Notes: generated by a model not told the origin, from the sequence alone. DNA of 32,305 nucleotides from Candidatus Rokuibacteriota bacterium (GCA_044866005.1 JBIOTN010000126.1:1-32305); one strand, 5' to 3'. Positions 9,116 through 18,732 are shown, counted from the stretch's first letter. Numbers and translations are program-made.

Positions 9116-10777
9116 GTGAGCGGCGCGGATTCCCCCGCGCGGCCCGCCGGGCGGTGGCCGTGGCGCGGCCACGGCGCCGCCGTCCGGAGCTATGCGCTCC
9201 CAACGCTCGTGGCCCTCGTCCTCGACAGCCTCGGCGTCGCGTGGGGCCTCCCGGAGGCCTTCCATCCGGACGAGGCGCGGCTGCAGGGCCGGGTCCTCGC
9301 GCTGCTGCGCGGCGACCGGGCAGAGGGCGTCTTCTTCTTCTACGGGAACCTGACGGCGCTCTTCTACCTCTGCTTCACCTGGCCGGCTCTCCTCGTCGAC
9401 GGGCCGGCCCTGCCGACGGCGCTCTTCCTCTCCCGCGTCGCCGCGGTCGCCCTCGGCACGGCGCTCCCCGCGGTCCTGGGTGCGGTCGCCGGCCGCCTCC
9501 GGGGGGCCGAGGCCGGCCGGGCGACGGCGTGGCTCGTCGCGCTCTGTCCGGCGGTCATCACGTACGCGCACTTCGGGTCGGCCGAGCTGCCGCAGCTCTT
9601 CGGGCAGGCGGTCTCCCTCCTCGCCGCGGCGCGGCTCGGCCCGCGAAGCCGGCCCCGCGCCTTCGTGCTCTGCGGCCTCCTCCTCGGGCTGTCCACGGCG
9701 GTCAAGTACCAGGGCTGGCTCCTGCTCGTCCCGGCATTGCTCCTCGTCTACCGGGCAGCCCGGCAGACGGGCGGCGCCCGGAGATTTTTCGTGACGCGGT
9801 CCGCCATGGTGGCGGGTGGTCTCGGTCTCGGCTTCCTCGTCGGGATGCCGTGGCTCTGGATCCGGCCGACGCTGGCGGCGCGGACCCTCTTCTTCTTCGT
9901 CTTCGGCGTGGGCGTCCAGCGCGGATTGCTCGGCCCGCCCGCCTGGGTCACGCACTGGCAGAACCTGGGGGGACTCCTGGGGCCGGTCCTGCTCGTGCCG
10001 GCGACGGCGGGGCTCCTGCGCACGCTCGCGCGGCTCCGGGCCGAGCCGTTCCACGCGATCCTGGGCTTGAGCCTGTGGGTCCCGCTCTACCTCCTGTCCG
10101 GCGCCTTCCGCTTCACGCCGCCGCGCTTCAGCCTGACGCTCGTCCTCGGCTTCCTCCTCTACGCGGGCTGGGAGCTGGCTCGCTGGCCGCGGCGGTGGCA
10201 GCGCGCCGCGCTGGCGGTGGCGGCCGGATTCGCCCTGTGGCTCGACCTCGGCTTCCTCTTCGACTCCCGCCGGCTCGCCAGCGCGTGGATCGAGGCGCAC
10301 GCGCGTCCCGGCGCGGTGGTCGAGTCGACGGCCTACGGCATCGGCCGCGCCGGGCAGGTCGAGGTCCAGCGGTACCGGCCGGCCCGGGAGCCGTATGTCG
10401 TGACCCCGGTGCCGGCCTGGCTCGGGCCCCTCCGAGATCGCGTCTACTCCAGGGTCCCGTGGGTCGAGATCGGGCAGGCGGATCCCACCCCGGAGCCTCG
10501 GGCGGACCGCTTCACGCGCGAAGCGCTGGAGGCCCGGCATCCCGACTTCGTCCTGCTGGCCGACCTCTACGTGCGGCGCTACCGCTATCCGATCTTCGCC
10601 GCCGCCAATCCCACGCGCGCCCGCTACTACCTCGACCTCTGGGAGGACCGGATGCCCGGGTATGCCCGGGTCGAGCGCTTCAAGTTCTTTCCAGCCGCGT
10701 GGTGGGCGCCGCGGCCGGAGTTCGTGGACCCGGAGCTCCGGCTCTACGCCCGCGTGGCGGACCGGCCGCCCCGCTGA
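9116..10777 (+). CDS. GT-C fold membrane glycosyltransferase (ArnT/PMT, GT39-like)
   Basis: WGLP...FHPDE first loop, many TM helices, GLSTAVKY motif. Confidence 0.75.
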   Translation: MSGADSPARPAGRWPWRGHGAAVRSYALPTLVALVLDSLGVAWGLPEAFHPDEARLQGRVLALLRGDRAEGVFFFYGNLTALFYLCFTWPALLVDGPALPTALFLSRVAAVALGTALPAVLGAVAGRLRGAEAGRATAWLVALCPAVITYAHFGSAELPQLFGQAVSLLAAARLGPRSRPRAFVLCGLLLGLSTAVKYQGWLLLVPALLLVYRAARQTGGARRFFVTRSAMVAGGLGLGFLVGMPWLWIRPTLAARTLFFFVFGVGVQRGLLGPPAWVTHWQNLGGLLGPVLLVPATAGLLRTLARLRAEPFHAILGLSLWVPLYLLSGAFRFTPPRFSLTLVLGFLLYAGWELARWPRRWQRAALAVAAGFALWLDLGFLFDSRRLASAWIEAHARPGAVVESTAYGIGRAGQVEVQRYRPAREPYVVTPVPAWLGPLRDRVYSRVPWVEIGQADPTPEPRADRFTREALEARHPDFVLLADLYVRRYRYPIFAAANPTRARYYLDLWEDRMPGYARVERFKFFPAAWWAPRPEFVDPELRLYARVADRPPR

Positions 10778-10793
10778 CCCCCGCGGCGGCCGC

Positions 10794-11336
10794 TCAACGC
10801 CCGACCGTCATCACGCCGGCGGCGACCCGGAGCGAGCCGGTCGCGACGTAGTGGCGCCAGGGACCCACCTTGACGCGTGCGATCGTGCCGACGGGGACGT
10901 AGCCCCCGCGCTCGGCCACGCGGAGGGAGGGGGCGTTGATCCACGCGACCACGCCGATCAGGCGGGTGACGCCGTGCTCGCGGGCACGGCGCTGCGCCGA
11001 GGCGGCCGAGATGGAGTGCAGGCGCCGGCCGCGGAACGCGGGATGGGTGAAGGCATCGGTGACGTGGCAGTCGCCGTCCTCGAGCCTGACGGTCAGCTCG
11101 AGGAAGGGCAGGTAGGCCGCCCGCGCGGTTTCCCAGCGGTAGTGGACCAGGGTGTCCCCGATCCAGGCCAGGAGACACTCCTGCCCCTCGGCGAGCCGGC
11201 GGCGCATCTCCGCTTCGCGCATCCACGGGTTGATCGCCAGCACGCGCGCGACGTCGGGCTCCGCGAGCCGCGTCCACCGGAGGGGCTCGGCCGCCGGCGG
11301 CTCCGCGAGGGGCTGGCGGAGGTCCCGGGTCAGCAC
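10794..11336 (-). CDS. GNAT family N-acetyltransferase
   Basis: FTHPAFRGRRL acetyl-CoA motif, NAPSLRVAERGGY; GGAGG 6 nt before GTG 11336. Confidence 0.82.
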   Translation of the reverse strand: MLTRDLRQPLAEPPAAEPLRWTRLAEPDVARVLAINPWMREAEMRRRLAEGQECLLAWIGDTLVHYRWETARAAYLPFLELTVRLEDGDCHVTDAFTHPAFRGRRLHSISAASAQRRAREHGVTRLIGVVAWINAPSLRVAERGGYVPVGTIARVKVGPWRHYVATGSLRVAAGVMTVGR

Positions 11337-11520
11337 GACGTACCTCCGCCAGACCGGCCAGGTGGGCGCGACCCACAGGAGCCGGCGGAGGCCGAGGATC
11401 TCTCGGGCCTCGGCCAGACGGAACCGGAGACGGCGCGCCAGCCTCAGCGGTGGCGATCCCCTGGGAGCCTGCCGGAGTAACCGAAGCGTTCAGACACGTC
11501 GTCGGGCCACTGGCGAAGCT

Positions 11521-11587
11521 TCCGAGCGGCGGCTCCGCCGCCGCATTGACGGGGGGCAGCGGAGGGGTCTGCCGAGACCCCCCGAAA
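11521..11587 (-). repeat. Dispersed two-hairpin repeat copy
   Basis: Minus strand: CGGGGGGTCT-CGGC-AGACCCCTCCG, C-rich spacer, GCGGCGGC-GGA-GCCGCCGC, TCGGA; directly after ferritin-like stop. Confidence 0.7.
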
Positions 11588-11590
11588 CGA

Positions 11591-12112
11591 CTAGCCGGCG
11601 ACCTCGCGGACGCGGGTGCGGAGCGCCTCGATCCGGGGCACGAGCGCCTCGGCCCCCGCGTTTCGGGCCATCTCCTCGAGGTCGTTGTAGTGCTCCACCG
11701 CCTCGGCGAGCATCGCCATGAGCTGGCCCTTGCCCCGCCCCGGCGCATGGGGCGCGATGAAGAGGACCCGCGGCAGCTCGCGCTCTTCCCAGCGCAGGGC
11801 GAGTTCGACGGCGGCGGCGGGCGTGAGGCCGGGCTCCTGGGCCTCCGCCTCGAGAGCCTTCAGGGCTTCCTCCTCCCGCGCCAGGTCGTCGGGGTCCACG
11901 GGCACGTCGGGCTTCGGCCCTGTCCACCGCCACATGTGCGCCCAGTCGAGGCAGAGCATGAAGATCGTCTGGTGTCCCGCCTCCGTGCTCATGGACTCGC
12001 GCCAGAGGCGCGCGGTCCGCGTGTCGGCGAACCGCTCGGCGAGCTTCCGATAGAACTCGACGCCCCGCCCCTCCAGGGCGCGGAAGGCCTCCAGGGCCGC
12101 CATCAGCTCCAT
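11591..12112 (-). CDS. Ferritin-like/rubrerythrin-like four-helix protein
   Basis: LEGRGVEFY, EAGH, WEERE, EAVEH pattern; ATG 12112 with GGAGG 9 nt upstream and TATAAT at 12139-12134. Confidence 0.7.
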   Translation of the reverse strand: MELMAALEAFRALEGRGVEFYRKLAERFADTRTARLWRESMSTEAGHQTIFMLCLDWAHMWRWTGPKPDVPVDPDDLAREEEALKALEAEAQEPGLTPAAAVELALRWEERELPRVLFIAPHAPGRGKGQLMAMLAEAVEHYNDLEEMARNAGAEALVPRIEALRTRVREVAG

Positions 12113-12301
12113 GCGTCGACGCCTCCGCCTGGGATTATACTCAATCGCCCCAGCGGCCTGGCCGTCGCGACTCCCGCGACCCGTTGACCAGAACGCGCCG
12201 GGCGGTCCGCCCAGAAATCGACCACGCGACGCCGCGCGTACCGGCGGGATGCGCGCCCAACCTGTCGTCGCCGCGGGCGATCTGCGTCCGCCGAGGGTTT
12301 C

Positions 12302-12317
12302 GGGCACGGCCGATGCA
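12302..12317 (+). promoter_or_regulatory. Possible sigma54 promoter for the histidine kinase
   Basis: GGGCACGGCCGATGCA (GG-N10-GC). Confidence 0.4.
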
Positions 12318-12402
12318 TGCCGTCTCGCGGGATGAACACGCCTGTCCGACGCCGCCGGCTCGCGCCGAGGCCGCGACCCGTCCCCCGATCGGGGGCTCCG
12401 CC

Positions 12403-15015
12403 GTGCGCGCGGTGAGGGCCAGGCTCCGCCCGCTCGTTGGACGGATCCGGGGAGCCCTTCCCCAGGGCCGCTCGCTGCCCCAGGATGCCTGGGAACAGCG
12501 GCACCGCGCCATCCTCTGGCTGTTGTGGCTTCACGTCCCCGGCGTGGGAGTCTTCGCCGGCCTCACCGGCTGGGGGCTCGAGCACGCCCTCGAAGAGGCG
12601 GCGATCGTCGCCGTCTTCGCGCTGCTGGCCCTGCTCCCGCGCGGCGGGCGGCGTTTCCACGCCATCAGCGCGAGCCTGGGCTTGCTCACGGCCTCGGCGA
12701 TCCTCGTGCACCTCTCCGGCGGCTACATCGAGGTGCACTTCCACTTCTTCGTGATGCTGAGCCTCATCTCGCTCTACCAGGACTGGCCCCCCTTCCTGAT
12801 CGCCATCGCCTACGTGGTCGGGCAGCACGGGCTGCTCGGCGCCCTCGACGCCGCGTCGGTGTACAACCACCCGGCCGCGATCGCGCACCCCTGGTGGTGG
12901 GCGCTCGTCCACGGGGCGTTCGTGCTTGGCGCGAGCATCGCCAGCATCTTCGCCTGGCGGGCGCACGAGGACCTCCGGGCGGAGACGGAGCTGATCCTGG
13001 GGTCGGCGGGCGAGGGCATCTACGGGATCGATGCGCAGGGCCACGCCACCTTCGTGAATCCGGCGGCCGCGCGCATGAGCGGCTGGGAGATCGAGGAGCT
13101 GCTGGGGCGCCCCATGCACGCGATCCTGCATCACTCCCATCCCGACGGGACGCCGTACCCCGCGGAGGCGTGCCCGATCTACGCGGCGTACCGGGACGGG
13201 GAGGTCCATCAGGTCGACAACGAGGTGTTCTGGCGCAAGGACGGCCGGCGCTTCCCCGTGGAGTACGTGAGCACGCCGATTCGCCAGCAGGGCCGGTACG
13301 TGGGCGCGGTCGTCACCTTCAAGGACATCACCGAGCGCCGGCACGCGGAGGCCGCCCTGGCCGAACGCGCCCGCCTGGCCGCCCTCGGCGCCGAGATGGG
13401 GCTCGTCCTGAGCCAGGGCGAGACGCTGCCCGCCATGTTGCAGGGGTGCGCCGAGGCGCTGGTGCGCCACCTCGACGTGGCGGTCGCGCGCATCTGGGCG
13501 CTCAACGTGAGCGCGAACGTGCTCGACCTCCAGGCGAGCGCCGGTCTCGACACGCGAGTGGACGGACCGGACGGCCGCGTCCCGGTCGGCGAGCTCGGGA
13601 TCGGGCGGATCGCCGACGGGCGGCGGCCGCTCTTGACCAACGCGCTGCTCGACGATCCGGGCATCGGTGACGGCGAGTGGGCGCGACGCGCGGGGCTGGT
13701 CGCCTTCGCCGGATACCCCCTGACGGTCGAGGACCGGCTGGTCGGCGTGATGGCGATCTTCGCGCGGCATCCGCTCACGACCGTCGCGCTCGACGCGATG
13801 GCGTCGGTCGCGGTCGGCATCGCCGATGCCCTGGAGCGGAGGCGGACCGAGGAGGCGCTCCGGCAGAGCGAAGACCAGCTGCGGCAGTCGCAGAAGATGG
13901 AAGCCATCGGGCGGCTGGCGGGCGGCGTGGCTCACGACTTCAACAACCTGCTGACCGTGATCAGCGGGCGGAGCAACCTCCTCCTGCGGTATCACGGCCT
14001 GGACGGCGAGGTGCGCCGGAGCGTCGAGCTCATCCACAAGACCGCGCTCCGCGCCGCCAACCTGACCCACCAGCTCCTCGCCTTCAGCCGCAAGCAGGTC
14101 CTGCAGCCGAAGCTCCTGGACCTCAACGTGATCGTCTCCGGCGTCGCCCCCATGCTCCGGCGGCTGATCGGCGAGGACATCGACCTCGTGATCATGCCGG
14201 GCGCCTCCCTGGGGGTCGTGAAGGCCGACCCCGGCCAGCTCGAGCAGGTGATCCTGAACCTGGCGGTCAACGCGCGGGACGCGATGCCCGCGGGGGGACG
14301 GCTCACCATCGCGACGGCGTGGGTCCAGCCCGAGGCGGGTTTCGCGCGGCGGAACGGGCTCGCGTCGGGACCCTACGTCACCCTCGCCGTCCAGGACACC
14401 GGGGTGGGGATGGACGCGGCGACCCAGGCGCGGATCTTCGAACCGTTCTTCACGACGAAGGGGCCAGGGAAGGGGACCGGGCTCGGCCTGGCGGTCGTCG
14501 ACGGGATCGTCAGGCAGAGCGGTGGGTACCTCGAGGTCGAGAGCGCTCCGGGGCGCGGGACGGCGTTCCGGATCTACCTCCCGCGCGTCGCCGCGCTCTC
14601 GGCGACCGGGCCGGCGCCTCGCCCCTGGCAGACGGTGCGGGGCTGCGGGACGATCCTCGTGGTGGAAGACGAGGACGAGGTCCGGCGTCTCGCGTGCGAG
14701 GTGTTGACGGCCAGCGGATACACGCTCCTGGAGGCCCGGCAGGGGCACGAGGCGCTCGAGCTGTCGAGCCGGCACGGCGGCTCGATCGACCTCCTGCTCA
14801 CGGACGTCGTCATGCCGCAGATGAGCGGGCCCGAGCTGGCCGCGCGGCTGGGCCGGCAGCGGCGCGGTCTCAAGGTGCTCTACATGTCCGGGTACACGGC
14901 CGACGCCCTCGGGCAGCATCGGGTGCTCGACACCGGCGTCGCCTTGCTCCTCAAGCCGTTCACGCCGGAGCACCTCGCCGAGCGCGTCTGCGAGATCCTG
15001 ACGCGGCGCGCCTGA
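12403..15015 (+). CDS. Membrane hybrid sensor histidine kinase (TM sensor-PAS-GAF-HisKA-HATPase-REC), CckA-like output
   Basis: AGGVAHDFNNLL H-box, NARDAM, FEPFFTTK, GTGLGL, receiver LLTDVVMP and LLKPF; start uncertain (GTG 12403 or ATG 12313). Confidence 0.93.
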   Translation: MRAVRARLRPLVGRIRGALPQGRSLPQDAWEQRHRAILWLLWLHVPGVGVFAGLTGWGLEHALEEAAIVAVFALLALLPRGGRRFHAISASLGLLTASAILVHLSGGYIEVHFHFFVMLSLISLYQDWPPFLIAIAYVVGQHGLLGALDAASVYNHPAAIAHPWWWALVHGAFVLGASIASIFAWRAHEDLRAETELILGSAGEGIYGIDAQGHATFVNPAAARMSGWEIEELLGRPMHAILHHSHPDGTPYPAEACPIYAAYRDGEVHQVDNEVFWRKDGRRFPVEYVSTPIRQQGRYVGAVVTFKDITERRHAEAALAERARLAALGAEMGLVLSQGETLPAMLQGCAEALVRHLDVAVARIWALNVSANVLDLQASAGLDTRVDGPDGRVPVGELGIGRIADGRRPLLTNALLDDPGIGDGEWARRAGLVAFAGYPLTVEDRLVGVMAIFARHPLTTVALDAMASVAVGIADALERRRTEEALRQSEDQLRQSQKMEAIGRLAGGVAHDFNNLLTVISGRSNLLLRYHGLDGEVRRSVELIHKTALRAANLTHQLLAFSRKQVLQPKLLDLNVIVSGVAPMLRRLIGEDIDLVIMPGASLGVVKADPGQLEQVILNLAVNARDAMPAGGRLTIATAWVQPEAGFARRNGLASGPYVTLAVQDTGVGMDAATQARIFEPFFTTKGPGKGTGLGLAVVDGIVRQSGGYLEVESAPGRGTAFRIYLPRVAALSATGPAPRPWQTVRGCGTILVVEDEDEVRRLACEVLTASGYTLLEARQGHEALELSSRHGGSIDLLLTDVVMPQMSGPELAARLGRQRRGLKVLYMSGYTADALGQHRVLDTGVALLLKPFTPEHLAERVCEILTRRA

Positions 15016-15150
15016 CGGTCGTCGCACGGGCGACCCGCGGGCGCGCGCGGAGCGCGGGCGCGGGCGGGTCGGCCCTCGCGCGGGCGCGGCCCGCCGACCG
15101 ACCAGCGGGTCGGCGCCGGGCTCGCCGGGGGCCGGCCCGCCGGCGCGCCG

Positions 15151-15465
15151 CTACTGCGTGGCCTGGATCTTCAGGTGGTTGACGACCTCCTCGACACCTC
15201 TGACCGACCGGGCGATCTGGGTCGCGCGCTCCTTGACGGCCTCGTTCTCCACGTTTCCGGTGAGGTACACCGTGCCCCGGTTCGTGTTGACCGAGATCTT
15301 CGTGAGCGTGTCGACCTTCTCGGCTGCCAGCTTGGCCTTGACCGCCGTCGTGAGCGAGGCGTCGTCGACGCTCTGCCCCATGGTCTTGCCCTTGAGGGTC
15401 GTGCACCCCGCGACCAGCACGGCGAGAACGGCTACCAGCGAAAGGGCCCGCACCGCGTATCGCAT
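15151..15465 (-). CDS. BON domain lipoprotein (OsmY-like)
   Basis: Lipobox VAGC; DDASLTTAVKAKL, GTVYLTG, GVEEVVNHL; SD TAAGGAGG. Confidence 0.93.
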   Translation of the reverse strand: MRYAVRALSLVAVLAVLVAGCTTLKGKTMGQSVDDASLTTAVKAKLAAEKVDTLTKISVNTNRGTVYLTGNVENEAVKERATQIARSVRGVEEVVNHLKIQATQ

Positions 15466-15528
15466 TCGCGGTTACCTCCTTAAGGTGGTCCGGCTAGGCA
15501 GACTTCCCCTGTCCCTGGGCCTCCCCCG

Positions 15529-15544
15529 AGCAATCCCCGCGCCA
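15529..15544 (-). promoter_or_regulatory. Sigma54-type promoter for BON gene
   Basis: TGGCGC-GGGGA-TTGCT on minus strand. Confidence 0.65.
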
Positions 15545-15667
15545 GGCGCGGCGAGCCTGCCCCGGGCGTTTCGCGCCGCCCCGACGCCCCGTCGGGGACC
15601 GCGGCGCGGAAGCGCCGCGTAAAAGTTGCACGCCGCGGGGCGAAACCGGCACGGGAGCCGGGCTCCC

Positions 15668-15696
15668 TTGACACCCGGAGACACCACCGCTAGGGT
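15668..15696 (+). promoter_or_regulatory. Sigma70 promoter of rpiB-nrdR
   Basis: TTGACA-17 bp-TAGGGT. Confidence 0.75.
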
Positions 15697-15716
15697 GTGG
15701 TCAGGTCGCCCCCCCC

Positions 15717-16172
15717 ATGATTGCGCTCGGCGCGGACCACGCCGGCTGGCAGCTCAAGGAGGAGATCAAGGCCTGGCTCCTCGATCGGACTCTCCCGCTG
15801 CTCGACTTCGGCACGCACTCGACCGATCCGGTCGACTACCCCGACTACGCGCTCCAGGTGGCCGAGGCCGTCGTCTCGGGGAAGGCCGAGCGCGGCCTTC
15901 TGGTCTGCGGAACGGGCATCGGGATGGCCATGGCCGCCAACAAGCTCCCCGGCGCGCGCGCCGCGTTCTGCCCCGACCTCTTCACCGCGCGCATGAGTCG
16001 CGAGCACAACGACGCCAACGTCCTCACGCTCGGCGGCCGGCTGACCGGCCGCGAGCTGGCGCTCGAGATCGTGGACATGTGGCTCCGGACGGAGTTCAAG
16101 GGCGGCCGTCACAGCCGGCGCCTCGGCAAGATCGCCGAGCTGGAGCGCCGCCACACCGGAGACGCGAGTTGA
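15717..16172 (+). CDS. rpiB: Ribose-5-phosphate isomerase B
   Basis: GADHAG, DYPD, CGTGIG, ANK, HNDANVL, GGRH..R. Confidence 0.97.
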   Translation: MIALGADHAGWQLKEEIKAWLLDRTLPLLDFGTHSTDPVDYPDYALQVAEAVVSGKAERGLLVCGTGIGMAMAANKLPGARAAFCPDLFTARMSREHNDANVLTLGGRLTGRELALEIVDMWLRTEFKGGRHSRRLGKIAELERRHTGDAS

Positions 16173-16243
16173 GGCGGCGGCCGGGGTAGGGGCGTGGTGA
16201 CCGCGACTCCGGCCGAGCGCGGCCGAGCGGGGAGGGGCGCGTC

Positions 16244-16735
16244 ATGAAGTGCCCGTTCTGTGGTCACAGCGAGGACCGCGTGGTGGACTCGCGGGTCGGG
16301 CGCGACGGCGAGTTCATCCGCCGGCGCCGCGAGTGCCTGAAGTGTAACCGCCGCTACACGACCTACGAGTACATCGAGGACGTGCTCCCCATGGTCGTCA
16401 AGCGCGACGGCCGCCGCGAGCCCTTCGACCGCGCGAAGCTCCGGAGCTCCATCCTGAAGGCGTGCGAGAAGCGGTCCGTCGGGGTGCAGGCGGTGGACGA
16501 CGTGATCGCCGACATCGAGGCGAAGCTCCACGAGCGCTCCGAGAAGGAGGTCTCGAGCGTCGAGCTGGGAGAGATGGTGATGGGCCATCTCCAGCGGCTG
16601 GACCAGGTGGCCTACGTGCGCTTCGCCTCCGTCTACCGGCAGTTCAAGGACATCGCCCAGTTCATGGACGAGGTGAAGGGGCTCATCAAGGGGCGGGAGG
16701 CCGCGAAGAAGCGGCCCGGGAAGGCGCGAACCTAG
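16244..16735 (+). CDS. nrdR: Transcriptional repressor NrdR
   Basis: MKCPFC, DSR, IRRRREC, YTTYE, ATP cone, AYVRFASVY. Confidence 0.98.
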   Translation: MKCPFCGHSEDRVVDSRVGRDGEFIRRRRECLKCNRRYTTYEYIEDVLPMVVKRDGRREPFDRAKLRSSILKACEKRSVGVQAVDDVIADIEAKLHERSEKEVSSVELGEMVMGHLQRLDQVAYVRFASVYRQFKDIAQFMDEVKGLIKGREAAKKRPGKART

Positions 16736-16768
16736 GCCTCGACCGCGAGGGGGGCCGCCCTCCCGACG

Positions 16769-17740
16769 ATGATCGTCGTCCCCGACGACTACGACCGGGC
16801 GTACGTCTCGAGCCCCCACCTCGAGCGGCTCCGGGCCCGCGGGGAGGTCCGCGTCTACACCGACCGGGCCCCCGACGAAGCCGAGCTGCTCGCCCGCCTG
16901 GCTCCCGCCGACATCCTCATCCCGATCCGCGAGCGGACGCCGCTGGGAGCCGAGCGGCTGGCCGCGTTGCCCCGCCTTCGCCTCATCTCCATGACCGGCA
17001 CCGGGGTGGCGAGTCTCGACGTGAAGGCCGCGACGGCGCGCGGCGTCCTCGTCACCAACACGCCCGGCATGTCGGTGCCGGCCGTGGCCGAGCTGACGTT
17101 CGGGCTCGCCATCGCGCTGCTGCGGGGGCTGCCCGCCGTGGACGGCTGGGTCCGCCACGGCCAGTGGCCGCAGACCCTCGGGCGGGAGCTTCACGGCAAG
17201 ACGCTCGGCGTCATCGGTTTCGGGGAGATCGGGCGGCGCGTGGCGGCGATCGGCCAGGCCTTCGGGATGACCGTCGTCGCCTGGAGCCGGAGCCTCACCC
17301 ATGAGGCGGCCCGGGCGGCGGGGGTCACCGCTCTCGACCTCCCCGGCCTCGTGGCGACGGCCGACGTCATCTCGGTCCACGTCCGATCTTCGCCGGAAAC
17401 CCGCGGGCTTGTCAGCCGGGAGCTGATCGGCCGCATGAAGCCCGGAGCCGTCCTCCTCAACACGGCCCGGGCGGCGATCGTGGACGAGGACGCGCTCTAC
17501 GAGGGCCTGGCCGCCGGACGCATCGCGGGGGCCGGGCTCGACGTCTTCGGCCAGGAGCCCCTGCCGCCCGGCCATCGCTGGGCGGGGCTCGACAACGTGG
17601 TCCTCACCTCCCACCGCGGCTGGACCACGCACGAGACGCTCGACCGCTTCATGGCGGGCGCGGTGGACAACGCGCTGGCCTTCCTCGCCGGCACGCCTCG
17701 CAACGTGGTCAACCCGGAAGTGCTGAGCCGCGCGTCCTAG
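16769..17740 (+). CDS. D-2-hydroxyacid dehydrogenase family protein
   Basis: GVIGFGEIG, LNTARAAIVDE, AGLDVFGQEP, LTSHRG. Confidence 0.95.
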   Translation: MIVVPDDYDRAYVSSPHLERLRARGEVRVYTDRAPDEAELLARLAPADILIPIRERTPLGAERLAALPRLRLISMTGTGVASLDVKAATARGVLVTNTPGMSVPAVAELTFGLAIALLRGLPAVDGWVRHGQWPQTLGRELHGKTLGVIGFGEIGRRVAAIGQAFGMTVVAWSRSLTHEAARAAGVTALDLPGLVATADVISVHVRSSPETRGLVSRELIGRMKPGAVLLNTARAAIVDEDALYEGLAAGRIAGAGLDVFGQEPLPPGHRWAGLDNVVLTSHRGWTTHETLDRFMAGAVDNALAFLAGTPRNVVNPEVLSRAS

Positions 17741-17742
17741 TC

Positions 17743-17775
17743 TTTGCGGGGGGGTCTCGGGAGAGTCCCCGATGC
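17743..17775 (+). repeat. Degenerate hairpin-1 repeat remnant between convergent genes
   Basis: TTTGCGGGGGGGTCTCGGGAGAGTCCCCGA resembles TTTCGGGGGGTCTCGGCAGACCCCTCCG at 11587-11560. Confidence 0.45.
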
Positions 17776-17802
17776 CCCACCTCGCTTCCTCCACAGTTTC
17801 GC

Positions 17803-18732
17803 TTACTGCGCGCCGCCGCTGGCCGGGGGCGCGGCCGCCTTCCGCGTGGCCAGCGCCACGCCCGCGATCACGATCAACGCCCCCACGACGTGGAACCAGC
17901 CGAGCGGCTCGTCGAGGAAGATCCAGGAGAGCCCCAGGACCTCGAAGGGGATCAGGTTCACGGTGAGGGCGGCCACCGCGGCCGGGACGACCCGGATGCC
18001 CCAGTAGAACCAGACGTGGGAGAGCGTGACGACCAGCGCGGCGTAAAGAATGGCGACCGCGGTGGAGGGGCCCAGGCCGGGCAACGTCGTCCACGGCCGC
18101 TCCAGCAGGGCAAGCGGGACCAGCACCACCGCGGAGACGAGATAGGAGCCCGTCGTGACCACGGTCGGCGGGAACTGCCGGGCCACCAGGCGGGCGTAGA
18201 CGGAGTAGACCGCCCAGATGCTCTGGCCCGCCAGGACGAAGAAGTCGCCCGGGTAGAGGTCGAGGTCGAGGATCGCGCGGAGCGACCCGCGGGTCACCGT
18301 CAGCACGACCCCGAGGGACGAGAGCACGATCCCTGCGACGTTCAAGGCGGACAGCCGCTCGCGGAGCCAGGTGGCGGACAGGATCGCGACGAAGATCGGT
18401 CCCGTGGCGCCGACGATGGCGGCGTTCACCGCGAGGGTCCGGGCCAGGCCGAAGTACCAGAGGGTCGTGTTGCAGACCAGGCCCGTGAGCGCGAGGATGA
18501 CGAACGTGCGGAGGTCGGCGAGACCGGCGACCGGCCAGGTGTGGTAACTCCACCGGACGTACCAGAGGAGCAGGGCGGAGGCCAGAAGGGCCCGGAGGGC
18601 GGTGAGCGTGATGGGTCCGACGACCTGGAGGGCGACCTTGCCCGCCAGGAAGTTGCCCGCCCAGATCAGGCTGATGAGGAGGAGAAGGCCGTAGGCCTCG
18701 GGCTCGCGGAGCTCGCGTTCGGACTCTGCCAT
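17803..18732 (-). CDS. EamA/DMT family transporter
   Basis: IWAGNF, about 10 TM helices, LRERLS and FLDEPL repeats; start moved to ATG 18732. Confidence 0.93.
   Translation of the reverse strand: MAESERELREPEAYGLLLLISLIWAGNFLAGKVALQVVGPITLTALRALLASALLLWYVRWSYHTWPVAGLADLRTFVILALTGLVCNTTLWYFGLARTLAVNAAIVGATGPIFVAILSATWLRERLSALNVAGIVLSSLGVVLTVTRGSLRAILDLDLYPGDFFVLAGQSIWAVYSVYARLVARQFPPTVVTTGSYLVSAVVLVPLALLERPWTTLPGLGPSTAVAILYAALVVTLSHVWFYWGIRVVPAAVAALTVNLIPFEVLGLSWIFLDEPLGWFHVVGALIVIAGVALATRKAAAPPASGGAQ

Noticed and set aside
11410..11645. Possible long flanking duplication around the repeat copy at 11521-11587
   Set aside because: Only a GGATCG...CGCT resemblance; too weak to call.
12103..15027. 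974-aa antisense ORF and similar long shadow ORFs (2006-4081, 4659-6746, 16109-18553, 18839-21085, 26146-28482, 30009-32234)
   Set aside because: They overlap well-supported genes on the opposite strand, are low-complexity with no motifs, and are expected at this GC content. Only the last 13 codons of 18839-21085 have independent signals.
15016..15150. Almost pure GC palindromic stretch between convergent genes
   Set aside because: Several possible stems, but no U tract, no regular spacers and no match to the repeat family; not a CRISPR or a recognisable ncRNA.
15600..15667. Short palindromes GCGGCGC-GGAA-GCGCCGC and GGGAGCC-G-GGCTCCC upstream of the rpiB -35
   Set aside because: 7 bp GC stems arise readily by chance here; no supporting context.
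16173..16243. No glyA between rpiB and nrdR and no ribD after nrdR
   Set aside because: Ordinary synteny variation; no pseudogene remnant visible in the 71 bp gap.
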